DNA from: Lytechinus pictus
Taxonomy: Eukaryota
Direction of reading: 5' to 3'
Assembly: GCF_037042905.1 (NCBI RefSeq)
Contig: NC_087245.1
Span: 44,146,001 to 44,210,000, forward strand
DNA: 64,000 nt
Made by a program: the position numbers and the translations under genes. Positions 1 to 13,212 of this stretch are shown here, one piece after another (the first letter of the stretch is position 1; the number at the start of each line of letters is the position of its first letter). The notes beneath the pieces are model-generated. The model was not told the DNA's origin. It saw only the letters and a program-made list of their open reading frames with translations, and did not search any database.

Positions 1-271
1 GTGTTTTACCTGTAGCACGGGAGAGAATGTTTGCTCTAGGAGAAAGTGAATACTAAGAAATGTGTTATTCGGGGTCACGGATCGGTCTTAAACAAATAAA
101 GACATGGACAATTACCAGTCAACAGTGTATCAAGACAGGGAATTGCTTGCAAAGGCAAGCGTCTTACAGTGTAATGTGCACCATGAAAGTGTAAAGCACG
201 CGAATATACTTTGTGTTTCTTACCACCACCAACCAGTTGCCGGATCTGAAGGAACCACGCTAAAGGCCATT

Positions 272-1594
272 ATGAAATTAAAAACCCGGATTAACCTACT
301 GCTATGTGGAATTCTGTTGGCTCTGGTGTACTACACCTTAAACAATGCCAGATTTCTGGAAGAGTATACGAAAACTAGGAACGCTGTGTGGATGTATAAA
401 GGCGAGATACGCGTAAAAACTCATCGCAGTGATTCTGTAGATAATGACAGTGTATTTTCTTCTGTCTGGGAGAATGATACGGAAAGTGACAGTGAATGGA
501 ACGACGCATACGAGACAGAAAGTGCAGAGAATGGTACTGATCGGGCACCTGAAGGAAGACGGGTAGAAGAAAATCCGAGGGGCGGAAATTCTAGTGGCGT
601 TATTCACAGGACGGTTTCGGTTTCATCCCGTAGCGAACTCGTTGTAATTATCATCCTCGCCCAGTGGAGATTCGGCTCAAGTGTCATCGGTGAGCTCTTC
701 AACCAGAACCCTGGTATTTTCTTTATGTTTGAACCGCTATGGGTGGTGGAGAAGATGGTGACACTATGGCGTTTACCTGGGCCATTTGCTCCGGAAACCT
801 ATTTCTACCAGACGAAGGTCATGAGAGACTTCGCCAAGTGTGATTTTAGCGATGAATTCATCGGTGTTGTTAACCTGACGAACCACTGGGGAGGAAAGAT
901 GCTCAACCGTGCAATTTGCAAGAGAACAGGTAACGGGTGTAAAATCCCTAATGCAGAGTGGTTGAGTAACGTCTGTAAGAGTTTCGAAGGTCATCTTGCT
1001 GCTAAGCTGATCCGTGGTGACTTCGACACCATTAAACCCCTCATCGTAGACGACCACGTCAACGTGAAAGTGATCCATCTAGTTCGTGATCCTCGCGGCT
1101 CTGCAGCATCTCGAATAAATTACCTGTATAACATCGCAAAGAACGAAAAGGCCCATCCCAAATACTCTAAAGTCGGTCGCCTAGAGCCGCTCCAACTTTT
1201 TAACTTTGATATAATGCACAGCGACTCCATCATAGGCATGTGTAGATGGTTGCGGGAGACGACAAACACTTCTGCAAAGACATCTGACTGGCTCATTGAC
1301 CGCTACTATCTGTTGAAGTACGAGGATTTTGCAAATGATCCGATTAGAGTAACCGAAGACCTGTACAATTTCGCAGGACTTAAACTCCCGCACAGCGTGA
1401 AAAAATGGGTCTCCCAAAACACGCAGGCGAAAAGTAGTGCTCAAGGAACATTCGCCATGAAGAAAAATTCAAATCTTACAGCGACACATTGGATGCATGA
1501 TCTAGGTTATATTGAGATCCAGCAGATCGAAGCTGAATGCTCAGATGTAATGAAAATATTAGGTTATGAGCTTTATGATAATTTACAGCATTGA
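272..1594 (+). CDS. Golgi carbohydrate sulfotransferase (GlcNAc/Gal-6-O-sulfotransferase, CHST1/3/5-like), single coding exon
   Basis: The ORF 104..1594 is open. M at 272 begins a type II signal anchor (MKLKTRINLLLCGILLALVYY) followed by an acidic stem, a 5'-PSB motif (WRFGSSVIGELFNQNPGIFFMFEPLW), a 3'-PB motif (KVIHLVRDPRG..ASR) and a C-terminal LKYEDF..DP ... C..VM.ILGY. The upstream ATG at 104 is possible but less likely. Confidence 0.92.
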   Translation: MKLKTRINLLLCGILLALVYYTLNNARFLEEYTKTRNAVWMYKGEIRVKTHRSDSVDNDSVFSSVWENDTESDSEWNDAYETESAENGTDRAPEGRRVEENPRGGNSSGVIHRTVSVSSRSELVVIIILAQWRFGSSVIGELFNQNPGIFFMFEPLWVVEKMVTLWRLPGPFAPETYFYQTKVMRDFAKCDFSDEFIGVVNLTNHWGGKMLNRAICKRTGNGCKIPNAEWLSNVCKSFEGHLAAKLIRGDFDTIKPLIVDDHVNVKVIHLVRDPRGSAASRINYLYNIAKNEKAHPKYSKVGRLEPLQLFNFDIMHSDSIIGMCRWLRETTNTSAKTSDWLIDRYYLLKYEDFANDPIRVTEDLYNFAGLKLPHSVKKWVSQNTQAKSSAQGTFAMKKNSNLTATHWMHDLGYIEIQQIEAECSDVMKILGYELYDNLQH

Positions 1595-2139
1595 TGGTAG
1601 GCTTGTGTAAAATAGTTATTTATTCAATATTTATACGAAATAATCTACTATTTCATCAACTTTTCTGTATAATTGGCTACGAGCATTATGTTGTCGATCT
1701 GCTACTGCTGCGGTTTCAAAGATTATGTTCCAAAAACTTCTATATCCCTAGATCCTACCAATAAAAGCAAAATATTATTAAGATGTAGGCCTATTGATCA
1801 GTTCTCTTGTTTGCAAACTAATGCTCATTTAGTGTTCGAGACTCGAGTGACTGGCCAGCATCTGGGGCCTGCAAGTTGAACTACGTAACCCCTTCTTAAG
1901 TCAAACGACACTTTATTTCCAACCAATCAGAAGGCGCAATTAGGACTTCGATTCTTTGAATTGCTTTTAAGTACAAATTTCTTCATATGGCCCATGTATA
2001 GAACGATAAACCATGCGAATAGCTAATATGAAGATTATTAAAGGTCCTCCCAATAAAAGTTGATTTGAATATAAGGAGGAAAATCAAACATAACGCTGAA
2101 AAATTTAGCACAATCGGATAAGAAAATAAGGGCATTTCA

Positions 2140-2302
2140 AAGCCACGTGGTCTAAGGCGCCCGACTACACGATGAATGTCCGGGGATTGATTCCCTGAAA
2201 GGCATTCATTATCTACAATGCTTTTTTATCTTGCATCAACTAAATGAAAATGCTCCATGCATTATTGATACGAACGTGTGTACGTGTTAAAAAAAGAGTC
2301 GC
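2140..2302 (+). mobile_element. Degenerate tRNA-derived SINE-like remnant
   Basis: A-box/D-arm-like GTGGTCTAAGGCGC and a degenerate B-box-like GGATTGATTCC at tRNA-like spacing; no complete cloverleaf. Confidence 0.3.
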
Positions 2303-2306
2303 TTAA

Positions 2307-2803
2307 AGGGGAAGTTCACCCTGACAAAAACTTTATTGTAAAAATAGCAGAAAAAATAATAGAAAATATTGCCGAAGGTTTGAGAAAAATTCATCAAATG
2401 ATTAAAAAGTTAATAGAATTTCAATTATTTGATTTGTGACGTCATATGCGAGCAGCATTCCTACATAGCGAATGGTAAAAATTCAATGAAATGTCATTTT
2501 CTTAGAAAATTGAGAATGGTTTTCACTGTACCTTTTGTATATCAATAGACAAATGATTTCACACCCGATAATGAATAGAAAACAAAATTAATTCATCAGG
2601 AACCATGCAAAATTTGAAATTCATGCATTTTATATTACATAACACATGGGGCAGCTGCTCGTTTATGACGTCACAAATCCAAAACTTTGAACTCTAATAA
2701 CTTTCTTACTCTTTAACAGATTTTCCTCAAACCTTCACCAATATTTTTTACTATTTTTTCTGCTATTTTTGCAACAAAGTTTTCTTCAGGGTGAACTTCC
2801 CCT
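2307..2803. mobile_element. Kolobok-type MITE (TTAA TSD)
   Basis: TIR AGGGGAAGTTCACCCTGA...TCAGGGTGAACTTCCCCT. TTAA at 2303-2306 and 2804-2807. Long imperfect internal inverted symmetry. Confidence 0.85.
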
Positions 2804-3364
2804 TTAATTACGAGCACATCCTGGTCGGTATGCAAATGATGGCACCGATGACGTCACCCACTCACTAATTATTTTGTATAACATTTTATGATATAATTTT
2901 CGAATTGAAAGATGTAACACACTGATTTCTCCCTTAACATATGGAATTCATGTGATCCAATAAAGGGTCTCCTTATATTGTCACATCTGCACAATAGGAA
3001 ATGGTGTTATACAACAAAATAAGAAGAAACGGTGAGTGCGTGCAATTTTAACTGTTTTTGGAAAATAGGCAAACCGCAAACTTGAAAAAAAATACAAATC
3101 TTTGTATTCGATCGCGACTACATTTTCAGTTTTGTTTCTTGTTTGATTATGTTTTCTAAATATTTATCTAACATAGGCTTTGACATATACATTCTTTCAA
3201 AGGAGAGTGTTTTTTTTTTAGAAATGAGTACCTTATCGAAAATATTTTTTTTTTAGTTTACCCCCTAATGTATTTGAGTACATTGACAGTATGTTGGGCC
3301 TAATGCTAAGCACATCTGGAGCCCTATCACGATTATTATGTATCCCTGAATTCACAGTGTTTAA

Positions 3365-3969
3365 AGGACAAGTTCACCCTAACAAAAAGTTTATTTTATT
3401 TATAAAAAAAATCCAACAAGCATAACACTGAAAATTTCATCAAAATCGGATATAAAATCAGAAAGTTATGACATTTTAAAGTTTCGCTTGATTTCACAAA
3501 ACAGTTATATGCACATCCTGGTTGGTATGCCAATGATGAGACTGATGACGTCATCCACTCACTATTTCTTTTGTATTTTATTATATGAAATGTGAAATAT
3601 TCTAATTTTCTCCTCATTGTCAAGTGAAACAACGGTAATTCCTCCCTGAACATATGGAATTAGCATTGTTTAATACTATATGGTTCAGTCAAGTTGGTCC
3701 ACAATGTCAAATTTGTAAAAAATGAAATATTGTATAATTCAAACAATAAAAAACAAAAGAAATAGTGAATGAGGGACATCATCGACTGCCTCATTTGCAT
3801 GTCACTGAATTGTGCATATCACTGTTTTGTGAACAATAAGCAAATTTTTAGAATGTCATAACCAGAAAGCTTTCTTATTTTACATCCGATTATGATAAAA
3901 TTTTCAGCGTTTGGCTAGTTTGATTTTTCTCTATTTAAAATAAACATTTTTCTGGGGTGGACTTGACCT
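3365..3969. mobile_element. Kolobok-type MITE (TTAA TSD)
   Basis: AGGACAAGTTCACCC...GGGTGGACTTGACCT flanked by TTAA (3361-3364, 3970-3973). Same family as 29969..30523. Confidence 0.85.
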
Positions 3970-6313
3970 TTAAACACACCTGTTTATACTGTGATGTTAT
4001 ACATGCGAGATACCCCGAAACCGAAATACTTGTACACTATTCCATGAAATGAAATTTCCTCAGACCATCCCCACAAAAAACACGATTTTACAAGCACATT
4101 TCTGTATAAAATTTTTATTTTAATCAAAGCCATAAAACATGTCGAGTACTAACATTCACATCATACATAATGAGGGATGTGTTTGCATGTTACTCCCGAT
4201 AAAACAAAACTCCCCCCCCCCCCCCAATAAAAATGAATAAATAAAATAAATTAATAATAATAATAACTTTAGTAACTTTGCTCGATTTTCGCCAAACTTT
4301 CATATTTTTTTTATCCTCCTGAATATTCAGACAGAATTGACGTCATGGTGGGCTTGACATTCAAGCTCAACGTGTAGTGTATATATCGACAGTTAATATG
4401 TAAATCAGGAAATGTCCTACATGTCTGGATTGCTTCCAGTTCCAGGACCCCATTTCATTAAGGTATTCACAGAAAGGATGCAATTCATTACCAGTTACCA
4501 TAGTAACGGGACCTCTCACCCAATCTAGACCATAGATATCACTGGATTTGTCATTACTGGACGATATTTTGTCGATCAGAGATGTTTGTAAGCATTTAAG
4601 AAAGTGATCATGATGATTATTCCTCAGTTGTAGTCAAGATGATTGTAGTATGCAAACTATATATTAGTATATATTTAATATATAAAAACAAATAAAGCAC
4701 ATTATTACGCATTCAATGATTGGCTGTCAGTGATGTTGGTAACATTGGTGGACTCTAAGTAGCATATTGTGGAGCGGGGGGGGGGGTTCACGTGCGATGT
4801 TTTTCTTAGAAACACGACTGTAGTTTGCTTAACTGGAGAGTGGGCTGAAGTGGTTGTAGTGCTGATGGTGATGAGACCCGATGTTATGATATCGGAGATA
4901 GTTATGGGCATCCCCTGGGTATTTTGATTGCGGGGGGGGGGGTGGGGCGACTAAAAATGACGTCATTTTGTCCTCATTTGAATGAACGGGCTGTTGAATA
5001 AGCTCTTATTTTTTCTTCCCTTCTTTTCTCTTGTTAAACTTTCCTCCCTTTTTTTTACTTGGGAAAATCATGAGGGGATCCACCCCATAACCCCCCCCCC
5101 TGTGGTTAGGGGTGGTTAATGATTATGACAGGGATGGTAATGGTGGTGTTGATAGCACTGGTGACGACAACGTGGTGGCGATGATCACGACGACAGTGAT
5201 AGAGAATGACGGTGAGACGGATGATGACAGCAATAATCACGATTATTACGATGACAATAATCCTCGTGATTATTGTTCTTATGATATTGATGAGCCAAAT
5301 ACAATTTTGAGAGGGCCATACATGATTATGTTGGCAAAATCAAAGTTGAGAGCGAGCGAAATTAGCGAGCAAGAATTTAGACCTTTCTACTACAAAAATA
5401 TGATTGTGTGATAGATTTTAATATAATATTAAGACAAATACATTTCACCCCTTTCCTTTCCGACTCTTTTTATTTCTTACGCCTTTTCTTGGTCGTGAAG
5501 TCTTTTGGGGGTCCATGACCCCAGCCCCCCATCAGTGATGGTTACCACACTAATTATGGTGATTATAAAGATGCAGTTGACGATAATTATAAGGTCATAA
5601 ATTGTGGTGAATGTTTATACCAAAGGTTTATAATCTACTTTGATGTTGTTTTCCAGAAGGAAACAAATAACTGACCGCACTATCTTGTGATATTGTATTC
5701 AATATAAAAATTGAAGAAAAAAAAAGAAACCCAAACGATTCGGTTCTAAACAAGAACGACTCTCCTTTAAAATTCAAGGGCCAATTATAAATTTTTGCAA
5801 TTAAGAGCTAATTCTCCCAAACAAAGTCTGTGTCTACACAAAGTAGAATCAGCTCTGTGTGTTGTCTCCTATGTTATAAGTTGCTGGTCTTAAAATATAC
5901 CTTTTGAGATAACTAGTAGTGATAAAGAAGATAAAATGGTCTATAATTTTATTTGTGTAGAGAAACTACATGTTTTTTGCGAGGAAAGGTACCTGTTTTG
6001 CAACTTTGTGACATAACTATTGCGATATGAATGTATTGGGTATTGAATTTTTGTGTTATAATTCAAGTGGGCCTATATTACAAGACTACACTGCTGAGAA
6101 TGGTGCATTATGGGTAATGAACCTGGCCAGATATGAGGAGTTGGGGACTAGCGGTGGGGTTATTCAGATTGCTGGTTCGTATACCATCTACATGAAAAAA
6201 ATGTACCATATTATTTAAACTATTTTATTGACTTCCATCTAGGGCTATTATTATCAATGAAACAATAAATAAACAATTCAACAATGGAGATCCTCCTGGT
6301 AAATTACCAATGA

Positions 6314-6715
6314 GTTTACTGCTAACTCGTCCACTCATCACATGGTCTACTTACATTTAGTCTATTGCCATTCCATCCATCAACATATCGTCTACCAACC
6401 ATTTGGTTCATTAACCATTTTGTCCAATCACTTCGTCCAATCACCATTTCATCTTTGACCATTTCGTCTCATAACCAGTTGGTCTTATATCCATTTCATT
6501 TTCATTCATTTTGCAAAATTTAACACTAAGTCCAATTAGACCAAATGGTATATGGACTAAATGGCCATCAGTCAGACCAACTGGTTATTATACGGAATGG
6601 CATTAGAGTAAATGAAAGTAGACCATGTGGTGAGTGGACGAACTGATAGTAGACCAAGTGATAGTCGACGAGTTGGTAATTGGACGAATTGGCATGAGAC
6701 GAATTGGAAATAAAC
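6314..6715. mobile_element. Palindromic MITE with short internal repeats, 11 bp into the SLCO intron
   Basis: GTTTACTGCTAACTCGTC at the left and GACGAATTGGAAATAAAC at the right. Inner inverted match ACTCGTCCACTCATCACATGGTCTACT / AGTAGACCATGTGGTGAGTGGACGAACT. Many GACCA/TGGTC units. Confidence 0.65.
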
Positions 6716-6726
6716 ATCCTCCTTAC

Positions 6727-6997
6727 CTCGATTCCTACCGCTGCGGTCAGGGTAACCAACAGCCATGGTGCTGTATTAAACGACTGAAGCCACTGCGGTC
6801 GCCAGCCAAAAAGTCCGCAGCGGTACTCCTCGATCACGTCCTCATCCTCAACAGCCATCGCGTCGGACTTCGCCGACGGTTTAACGGCCATCTTCACCGC
6901 GGTCGTCGACGTCGGTTCGCCCTTTATGAACTGGATGACGCCGACGGTAGGTTTCGATGATGCGGTGTTAACGTCAACACCGGCTGGATCCCTTACC
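6727..6997 (-). CDS. N-terminal coding exon of an organic anion transporting polypeptide (OATP/SLCO family, SLCO4A1-like)
   Basis: Encodes ...EEYRCGLFGWRPQWLQSFNTAPWLLVTLTAAVGIE, matching the OATP N-terminal CG...W.P..LQ.FN.. motif and TM1. Acceptor TTATCACATTTACAG ends at 6998 and a phase-0 donor GAG|GTAAGG starts at 6726. The frame is open across the whole exon; internal ATG at 6891. Confidence 0.8.
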
Positions 6998-7286
6998 CTG
7001 TAAATGTGATAAGTTTGTTCGTGAAAATTAGAACGTACATAACAAAGCAGAGTAGATTTGTGTAGAGTTGCCCCGATCCCCCGCCCCGTGTTTTATTGTA
7101 TTCTGGAATACACGTTCCTTTATTGACCTTCAAGAAAACGGTTATTTTTAGGGGGTTGGTATAAACGGTTATGGACGAATTAAATGTCGAACATTTTTTT
7201 TCTTCCAATTTATACATTTTAATATTTAACAATTTTATTACACCCAGTAGTTTTCCAGATGGAATCGAATTGATAAACATTGTGAT

Positions 7287-7346
7287 CAGTGGCGTACCTA
7301 GGATTTTCCACAGGGGGGGCAAAACCGTCCGCCAAAAAATTTGACA

Positions 7347-7377
<31 letters not shown>

Positions 7378-7624
7378 GGTCTTCGATCACAAATAAAGGA
7401 TTTCGTTCCAGAAAAAAATTGACAAGCAAAAAAAAAAAAAAAAAAAAAAAAAAAGTTCTTCAAGCTCGTCAGGGGGGCATTAAAGGTCTTAAAGCTCGTC
7501 AGGGGGGGCAAAAAAGGTTTTTCAAGTCCGTCAGGGGGGGCAAAGATACATTTTTGCATGGGTTGTGACTCGTCAGGGGGGGCAGAGTGCCCCCCCTGCC
7601 CCCCCCCCCGTAGGTACGCTAGTG
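7287..7624. mobile_element. hAT-type MITE, 8-bp TSD ATTGTGAT
   Basis: TIR CAGTGGCGTACCTA / TAGGTACGCTAGTG. Perfect TSD at 7279-7286 and 7625-7632. Internal CTCGTCAGGGGG repeats. A very similar copy lies at 21647..21986. Confidence 0.92.
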
Positions 7625-7894
7625 ATTGTGATGCGTATCGAGAGTTCACATTTTTTTTACCATTCATGATGGATCCAAAATCTACAGCGTTATGGTGTTC
7701 ATAAGTCATAAATCCACTTTCTTCTCTTAATCAGGCTAATAGTATACATGCCTCTAACTCTAAGGAAGGAATAGACTCGTAAATACAGTTTCCGAAGCTT
7801 GCATCTGAATTTTTGTTAGCCATATTTAAAATATGAAAACTCTTGCTGAAGCGTAGCGATGTGGAATTCTCATCATCGAGATCAGATGAACCTG

Positions 7895-8063
7895 GTGGGT
7901 GTTTCATAAAGCTGTTTGTAAGTTAAAAGCGACTTTAAGAACGACTGGTGATCCTATCTTGTGGTAAATGGTATTAATTGGCGATTGTTTAGCGCTTAAG
8001 AAGGGTTCACCAGTCGTTCTTAAAGTCACTCTTAACTTACGAACAGCTTTATGAAACGGTCCC
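7895..8063. mobile_element. Harbinger-like hairpin MITE
   Basis: About 55-bp inverted arms GTTTCATAAAGCTGTT..TAAGAACGACTGGTGA / TCACCAGTCGTTCTTA..AACAGCTTTATGAAAC. G-rich termini like those of 41469..41625. Confidence 0.7.
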
Positions 8064-9409
8064 CACTCCCCAGTTATTTCAAAGCTTGCATCGGTTCATA
8101 AAAGTAAGAGAGAGGAGAGTGTGAGGTTGCCCAAGAGTCATGGCCTTCCCGATTTTTTTTCTTCAATAATATCACAATAAAAATATAAAATGAGATGACT
8201 TTACATTACAAAAGTTTTGTATGTATACAATGTACTATCTATTTTTTACAATATAAGCACAGTCATCCGTATTCATGAAATATGATCTTTATGATTGAAA
8301 TACAAAATTCATCTTATTTTGTATCCTTGAAGAGGAGGATTCAGCAAAATTTCGAATTGATATACCAGTATAATATAATTCTCCATGCATCATCTAATGT
8401 CAGTAGAACCATAAGGATTGGCGACAATCCAGTTTCAGAAAAACTAAGAGGTTTTACAGGATAGCTTTCAGACTTACTCGACACTCAGTTTTAATGACTA
8501 TCAGCCATGCATTAAATCTGTTGTTAACTGTGCGATAGCTTCGCTGGGAAACCGGTAAAAACACGTCTGTTTCATGAAATTATGGAAATACAAGTATTGT
8601 TTCGAAGAAACATAACTCTGTTATTTCTTGACCATTTTCTGCGATTTAGCTATCAAATTAAAGAGCAGATATTGAACTTTTTAGGCATGTGATTATCTTT
8701 TTGAAATGTTGATACCCCTCGCCAAATGACTTTTTGGCTTTTTGCTATCTTTTCCTCAAATTGTTTATACTCACTCATGCTTGGATGAAAATTTTATACC
8801 AGCTAAAAGAAGACATTCTAAGCTTTACAGTGATAGGTCATTTGTCTATTCTATTTGTGATTAAGTTATGATAAATCATCGATAAACCTCGGTTTCGTTT
8901 TTTGTGAGACGTACTGTATACATGTATAAAAAATGCACAATGAAAACTTCTCATAAATGTAGCTTTAGTTTTAACTTTAAACTATTAATAAATCTGTTCA
9001 TCTTACAACTGTCTAAAATACTCTGATTAGGTTATTTTGCACTATGTTTAAAAGATACCCTCTTGCTCGACATTCTGCAGGATATGCTAGTCAGGTTTCT
9101 TCGTCCTGGGTTGAAAGCCAATGCCAATGCCATAAACCCCATAATACAAACCAATTTTTGCCTAGGTAATTGGTAATATACCAGGTTGGCGTTTACCAGC
9201 AAACGCTGTCCTGCCGAATTCCTACAGGAGTTACCATAAACAGAAACAACAATTCTTTGGGCACAATTGCCTCCGTTTTAGTGTGTCATCTTTGTACCAG
9301 TGTCCTCTTCTGGTAGTTTTTTTTGGATAATTGAGAAAATGTTCTCTGATCACCTTTGTACCAGCCAAATAAGTGTCGCCACATTGTGACGTTGTGCCAT
9401 CTACTTATT

Positions 9410-10836
9410 CATAGACCTTGAACCTTGAAGAGGTACCTGGAGAGGGTTTTGCTGTGTCAGGTGCTGCCAGTGCTTCAGGTGATATGGTGATCCTGTGGTG
9501 GTATTCTTGGTGCACTATATACAGGTGTGCTAGGTGCAGAGTGCGGGTGGTGCGTGTGTGTCCCCGGAAGCCATCTATAGAGGTTGAAGTTACAGCAGCG
9601 TTTGGGAAGGTATTCCAAATACGGATTGCTCTTAGGAACATACTGTACATGTAGCAGTTCACTCTACAAAAGGCTGGGTGTACTTGAGATGATGTCCAGT
9701 GTGTTGTGAACGTTGTGGACGAGAATTGCTGCTTAGCTTAATCTGATGTGGCATTTTGATGTAATTTGTGATGAATTTTGTAGAACGTCTCACATTTGCT
9801 ATGAAGGCATCTGTGTTTGAGAGTATCCCAGTGAAGAGTTGACAACATCGATGTTACACTGAATTCTCTGCTATAGTCGTGAAGGACAAACTTAGCACCC
9901 TGACGCTGAATGTTCTCAATAATGTTTACATCTTTCTGTATGTGAGGATTCCATGCACATGAAGCATACTCTTTACTTGAACGCAATGTCTCTCACTTTC
10001 AGGTTACATTTACCCAAGGCTCGACGTATGATTCCAAGAGTACGAGCAGCTTTGGAGGATATCTTCTGTGCATGGAAGTTCCAACTCAGGTTGTCTGTGA
10101 TGGTCATCCGAGGTATTCACAGGAGGTTGCCGTTGGAACAGGTTTGTCACTGATGGTAAAATTGCAAGCCAACGGTTGTCGTTTCAAAGAGATACACATG
10201 TGGGCACACTTCTTGACATTGAAGAACATATCCCACAATTTTGCCCAATCCGATAATGTTGAAAGATCTCGCTGGAGAATTGCGTAGTCATCTCTTGTCT
10301 CGACCTTGCGATACAGCACACAGTCATCAGCAAAGAGTCTGATTGGTGATGAGATGCATTCACATATGTCATTGATGTACAACAAGAATAACACCGGCCC
10401 GAGTACCGAGCCTTGCGGCACGCCTGAGAGAACACTGGCTTGTGGTGAGGATGATCCATCAACATGAACTGACTGAGATCTGCCTGATAGGAAAGCTTTG
10501 ATCCATCTATGAGTTTGACCAGTAATGCCATAAAACTCCAGTTTGTAGAGCAGCTTCCTATGTGATACCTTATCGAAGGCCTTACTAAAGTCGAGAAAGA
10601 AGGCGTTTGTCTGACATTGCTGGTCGATTTTGTATGCCCAGTCATTGATGGCCTCAACAAGTTGCGTTTCGCATGAGTCCCTTCCTAAATCCATGTTGGT
10701 TTGGGTTGATGATGCTATTTTTTTCCAAGTACTTTGACATGTGGCTCAATACAATGTGCTCTAGGATCTTGCAGGAGATGCATATGAGTGACAACGGTCT
10801 ATAATTGGCTGGGTTACTCTTGTCATCAGACTTGTA
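9410..10836 (-). mobile_element. 5'-truncated, frameshifted CR1-group LINE (RT domain to 3' end)
   Basis: Minus-strand ORF pieces: NYRPLSL, QHGFRKG, CETQL, FLDFSKAFDKV, SGVPQGSVLGPVLFLLYIND, RLFADD, EYASCAWNPH. A 3' (TTCAAGG)n-like tail near 9415-9430. Confidence 0.92.
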
Positions 10837-10989
10837 CATGGGCGGAAATCTCTCCTTGGAGGTAGGGGGACACAAATGAGTTTTCCGTTTTTACGTTCTA
10901 CAGAATTACTAACTCAAACACACACATATAGATATATATATATACATGTATCTATATATTATTATATATATGTATATATAAATATATAA

Positions 10990-11045
<56 letters not shown>

Positions 11046-12980
11046 TTCGAATAAGTGAGGTATTCCTAACTAAAGATGAAAGGCCTCAATAAATAATGCG
11101 AGCGCGAAGCGCGAGCCCAAATATGTTGACATTTCATAAATTGTGACCTGGAAATTGAACATTTTTTGTGATTATAACTAGATTCGAACCTACCTAAACG
11201 AATAATGCGAGCGCGAAGCGCGAGCTGAAAGTTTTTGATTTCCCAACCTAAAAACTAGACATTTGTAACAATTTTTCAAATCATGAACAGAATAGGAATT
11301 CAACTAAATAATAGATGCGAGCGCGAGCTGAAAGTTTTTGATTTTCCAACCTAAATACTGGACATTCGTAGCACCTTAAAAAGAATATGAACAGGATAGG
11401 AATCTAATCAATTAATGCGAGCGCGAAGCGCGAGCTTAAAGTTTTTGATTTTCCAACCTAAATACTAGACATTCTTAGTACTTAAAAGAAAATATGAACA
11501 GGAAAGGAATCTAAACAATTAATGCGAACGCGAAATATAAAGAGGTGAAAGTTTTTGATTTTCCAACCTAAAATACTGGACATTCTTAGTACTTTAAACA
11601 AATATATGATCAGGATAGGAATGTAAACAATTAATGCGGGCGCGAAGCGCGAGCTGAAAGTTTGTATTTTCCAACCTAAAAACTGGACAATTTTAACACT
11701 TTTTCAAATCATGAACAGGATAGGAATTTTACTAAACAATATTAGATTCGAGCGCGAAGTGTTTGCTGAAGATATGTCATTTCCGGCATAAAAATTGGTA
11801 TTATTAGCATATTTTAAAATCAAGGACAGGGTAGCTATCTAACTAAATTTTAATCAATGTGAGCGCGAAGCGTATCCTGATTTTTTTCCGACCAAAAAAG
11901 TCATCTTCTTTTCACCTTATAGCAATTAAAATGATAGTATCTGACTCAACCATATTACTGATGCGAGCGCGAAATGAACTTTTTTATATTCAGATCTGAA
12001 AACTGGATCTTTCAAGCACTTTTGAAATAAAGAACAACCAGTTTATTATCAATAAGCAATGCGAGCGCAAAGCGCGAGCTAATTTTTTTTTAAAGATTTA
12101 AACCTACAAATTATGAAAAAGATAAATGATGTGATTTTATATATTTCGATCTAAAAAGTGAAAAAAATTATTAAGCACGTTTTGAAATAAAGAGGTGGCT
12201 GTGTATTAATGCAAAGCGCGAGCGAATTTTTTATTTTTATACTATGACCTGAAAGTTTTCTTTTTTCCAATTATTCCCCTCCCTTCCATCATTTAATTTT
12301 CTTCCTGGTCCTATCTTTCTTCTTATTTTTCTCCTCACCTTCCGCCGCTTCGCCCCTTGATCTACCTATGATGACCCCTCCCACGGCAGGAATTTTGTGT
12401 AAAAATGGAATATAAAAGTCTCGTTAATAGAGAATTTAAAAACAAATTTTGGGGGATTAAACATAGTTAAAGTTCACTTTGAAGGATTAATCATAACTCA
12501 TTAAAACTATTCTTTATACTGAGTACACGAACAATGAAAATATTCTTATATTCCAAGTAAATTTGGAACAAAGGGAAAATGAATTGGCTTAACAAAGGTA
12601 TGATTTTACTGGGTATGGAACATTCTAGTCTAACCGTCTATGCACTAAATTTACTTGTAAGTATCCACAGGCGATTTTCTTTTTTCGTCATTTTTATTAG
12701 TTATGAAATTGACAATGGCCATCGATGTCATCAATGTCATCACTCTTTGGCTGGCATATAGGGCTAGATGCGAGTTCGAGAATAGTTGGGCCGGTATGCC
12801 TTTTCTTTTCCTAACCAAGTTCTTAACAAAAACTATCTGTTTATATATATTTCGAAATTCGAGGATACATGTGTATAATTTCGATTTTGAATTATGTATT
12901 TTTCCATAATAAAAGACCACAAATAGTAGGGGGGGACATTTGATATTATGTCCCTCCTTTCCAAAATGGTAGGGGGGACG
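10837..12980. mobile_element. hAT-like non-autonomous element(s) carrying ~120-bp tandem units with the GCGAGCGCGAAGCGCGAGC motif
   Basis: Starts CATGGGCGGAAATC exactly where the LINE is truncated. Contains (TA)n at 10930-11040 and about ten motif-bearing units between 11095 and 12230. The right end is incomplete. Confidence 0.55.
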
Positions 12981-13212
12981 CGCTCGCAAAATTTGATTTG
13001 TCAGGTACCTATTATTTTCCTGTATTGCATAAAGTTATCAAATATCCCTATTCAGGTCAAATTGTCAAAACGTAATAGCTTGCGCTACACGCTCGCAATT
13101 TTAATGGTAATTTGATATACATTGTATATCTCAATATTAATTCTATAACAAACAACTAAAAATCCCCATTTCATGACAGTTTATCAAAACTTTCGGCTCG
13201 CGATTTGCGCTC

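Noticed and set aside
5112..5411. Asp-rich 99-aa ORF
   Set aside because: A degenerate (GAT/GAC/GGT)n low-complexity tract joined to repeat sequence.
6993..7709. 238-aa minus-strand ORF adjacent to the SLCO exon
   Set aside because: It runs through a hAT MITE and poly-A tracts (poly-F) and is intronic.
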